In this document: positions 17,877 through 20,000 of the stretch, piece by piece | How positions within the stretch are numbered: position 1 is the first letter of the stretch | How the letters are laid out: every line of letters starts with the position of its first letter | The notes under the pieces: model-generated | Told to the model about the DNA's origin: nothing | Database searches by the model: none | Seen by the model: only the letters and a program-made list of their open reading frames with translations | Assembly: GCA_049999805.1 (NCBI GenBank) | Contig: JBNGIO010006406.1 | Span: forward strand, 60,581-80,580 | DNA: 20,000 nucleotides | Source: Folioceros fuciformis | Taxonomy: Eukaryota | Direction of reading: 5' to 3' | Translations under genes and position numbers: made by a program

Positions 17877-19190
17877 TCATGTGAGCTCTCCCTCCTCAAG
17901 CTCTTCATCCTCCCGAATCTCTTCCTCCCGGAAGACCTTGATTTTCTCACATTCTTGAGTGTCTGGGAATGGAGGCTGAAAGGCTTCTGCAATGATTTTG
18001 GTAGGTCGAACTTCAGGCTGATCGTCAGCAAGAGGGAACCTCGAAGTTCCCTCAGGCAAAGCTACATAGATCACTGGATACTCGATGATGCATTTGTAAG
18101 CCAGCTGGGCTCCTATAGGGTCTGACGACTGCAACTCGTAGTAGACCCGCTTCTCAGCCTGCAAAAGAGAAGAGATGGTGGTGAGTGCACTGAGGCAAGA
18201 AGCAACGGATCTCACGTCATTTGAGAAGGAAACGCACCGAACAAGGTTCCTTTCGAATGAAGAACTTCAACTCGTCCAAGGGCACCCTTAGGAAATCCCT
18301 CAGCTTCCCGGCAGGCGCCACACACGCCCCTGCTACAGGTGCTAATCGCTTCTCTATAGCGGTCCTCAACAACAAGTTCTCATCAACTCTGCAAACATGT
18401 GACACAAGAACGAGTTCTCATCAGCCGGTGAACTCACAGTCTCCAACCATCAGCTCCCTCAACAAGTTACTACAAAACCCTACCCCGCGTCTGCCAGTCG
18501 TACGTCAGTAGAGTCGAACACCCACTCTATCCTCCAGTTGATTCGTTTAAACCTGCAAACGCCTATCAGAACCGAGATTAGGGCAAAAGCTTCATTCCCG
18601 GCACAAGAAACCACGCCTCCAAAACAACCAACCTACTTGTTGCAATAGCGACTGGAGTTGTCCACTCTCCTCGACATCCCATTCGCAAGGAACTGCAATG
18701 TGATGTTGCGGTTCTTGGCCTGTTTCCGCAGCGCCACCTGGATGGGACTCACGCCATGCTCCAGGCCTCCAAACTGCTCCCTCGTCCGCCTCGCAACATC
18801 GGTCAGCCTCACAGCCTCCTCCAGAAAATGGTAATCTGCAACCAAAACAAAGCTTCAGAACTCCACATACTGCCTTGCCTGTCCAACAACCCAGCATCAC
18901 AAGCTCACATCCTCAAAGGACCCGCCTAGCAACCGGAGAGCGTCCACCTCACACAGGCGTGGGAGACAACCTGAGTGGAGGCAATTATCGTCGAATTCCG
19001 AGATAGGCACGAAGGCCGTCCGGTCGCGCTTCCCCGAGCAGGAGGTGCGTCTCTTGTGCGAATTCACGCACTCCAGCCCGCAGGACCGCAGCCCGCATCC
19101 TGGACACCGGTACTTGGCCGCATTCCGGTTGCACTCCTCACAGACCGCGCACGCACGCGGCGACGGAGAAGCCTCCTCGTCCGCCTTCAT
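17877..19190 (-). CDS. BCD1: Box C/D snoRNA protein 1 (zf-HIT; BCD1/ZNHIT6-like), 5 exons
   Basis: zf-HIT CEEC..AAKYRCPGCGLRSCGLECVNSHKRRTSCSGKRDRTAFV, then SDYHFLEE, GMSRR..NSSRY, INWRIEWVF and IIEYPVIYV, with an acidic EEGEL tail. Phase-consistent exons: 19190-18971, 18835-18637, 18552-18484, 18388-18238 and 18158-17877. Confidence 0.92.
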
Positions 19191-20000
19191 CCCGTGCAAA
19201 CTGGGAGTCGAATAAATCCCACACCGCTAGCCGAGCCTTCAGATGTACACACATGTGTACAAGAGTACGCGAGAGCTGCAGCCTGTCTTCTATCACAGGC
19301 AATCCGCCAAAACGATGCCTACCTAATTTAGTATTTTAAAACGCACTTTATGTAATGAAAGTATATCTGATAGCCCTACGAGATGATCCCCTCATGTGAA
19401 CAGCCTCCTCTCCTCGCGCTTGTTTATCCCCTAAGGTGGATTTGTTCCCTTCGTTTTGTGTTTTTCTTAAGCAACGAACAGAGGAAGCAAGGACGAGGAA
19501 CCAGCTCCTCCACCAGACGCAGGTCAACGCCCGCCGTCTGAAGAGCGGGAGTCGCGGAGTCTGGAGCATAGAAAAGGCGGTGGACTTCGTCTCGCTCCAC
19601 CTTGCCAAAAGGCCGGGCTCTCGGATTCCATCCAATTTATTACCTAACGACGATTCCGAGGACACGTTTTGCCCTCCCCTCTTGCGCAGGAATCCTGATC
19701 AATTGATGGAGTAGATTTTCCATCGGCAAACAATCAGTGGCACCTAGGTGCACGCAGACTTCTTCCCCAGTGGCAAGAATGCGTGTTCTGTTGGGAGTCA
19801 GGGTGGGACCGCCTCTGAGGACCCGGACCTCCAATCATGCATCCAGGCTCCGCACCAACCTGCAATCCCTTCCTCAAGGACACTCAGCTCACGACGGCCC
19901 GGGTGCGGCATCGATGCGGGTTTTCACGCCCCAGTCTTCGGCGTCTCTGCAATGGCTCCGTGAGGGATCCGATCCTTGCTCAAGGACATGACGACGAATG

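Overview
Eukaryotic, plant nuclear DNA with compact genes and short GT-AG introns. The PPR motif types (37-aa long-L motifs, PGxSWWTD box) suggest a seed-free land plant, most plausibly a hornwort; this is inference. From left to right: (1) the 3' part of a decayed Ty1/copia LTR retrotransposon (integrase-RT-RNaseH with stops and frameshifts, PPT, and a ~1.4 kb 3' LTR made of palindromes, HSE-like repeats, a TATA box and shuffled hairpin modules); (2) an unassigned AT-richer spacer; (3) two paralogous intronless PLS-class PPR RNA-editing-factor genes on +, both ending in a truncated WW-type DYW start, which flank (4) an intron-rich XRI1-like gene on -; (5) an APY6-like GDA1/CD39 apyrase gene on -, directly preceded in frame by an unexplained ORF with a trypsin-like His motif; (6) a zf-HIT BCD1/ZNHIT6-like gene on -. 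The most notable signals are in the PPR pair: no deaminase catalytic site, different recognition residues, an in-register one-motif deletion that makes a chimeric L/S repeat, and a lost N-terminal extension in copy 2.
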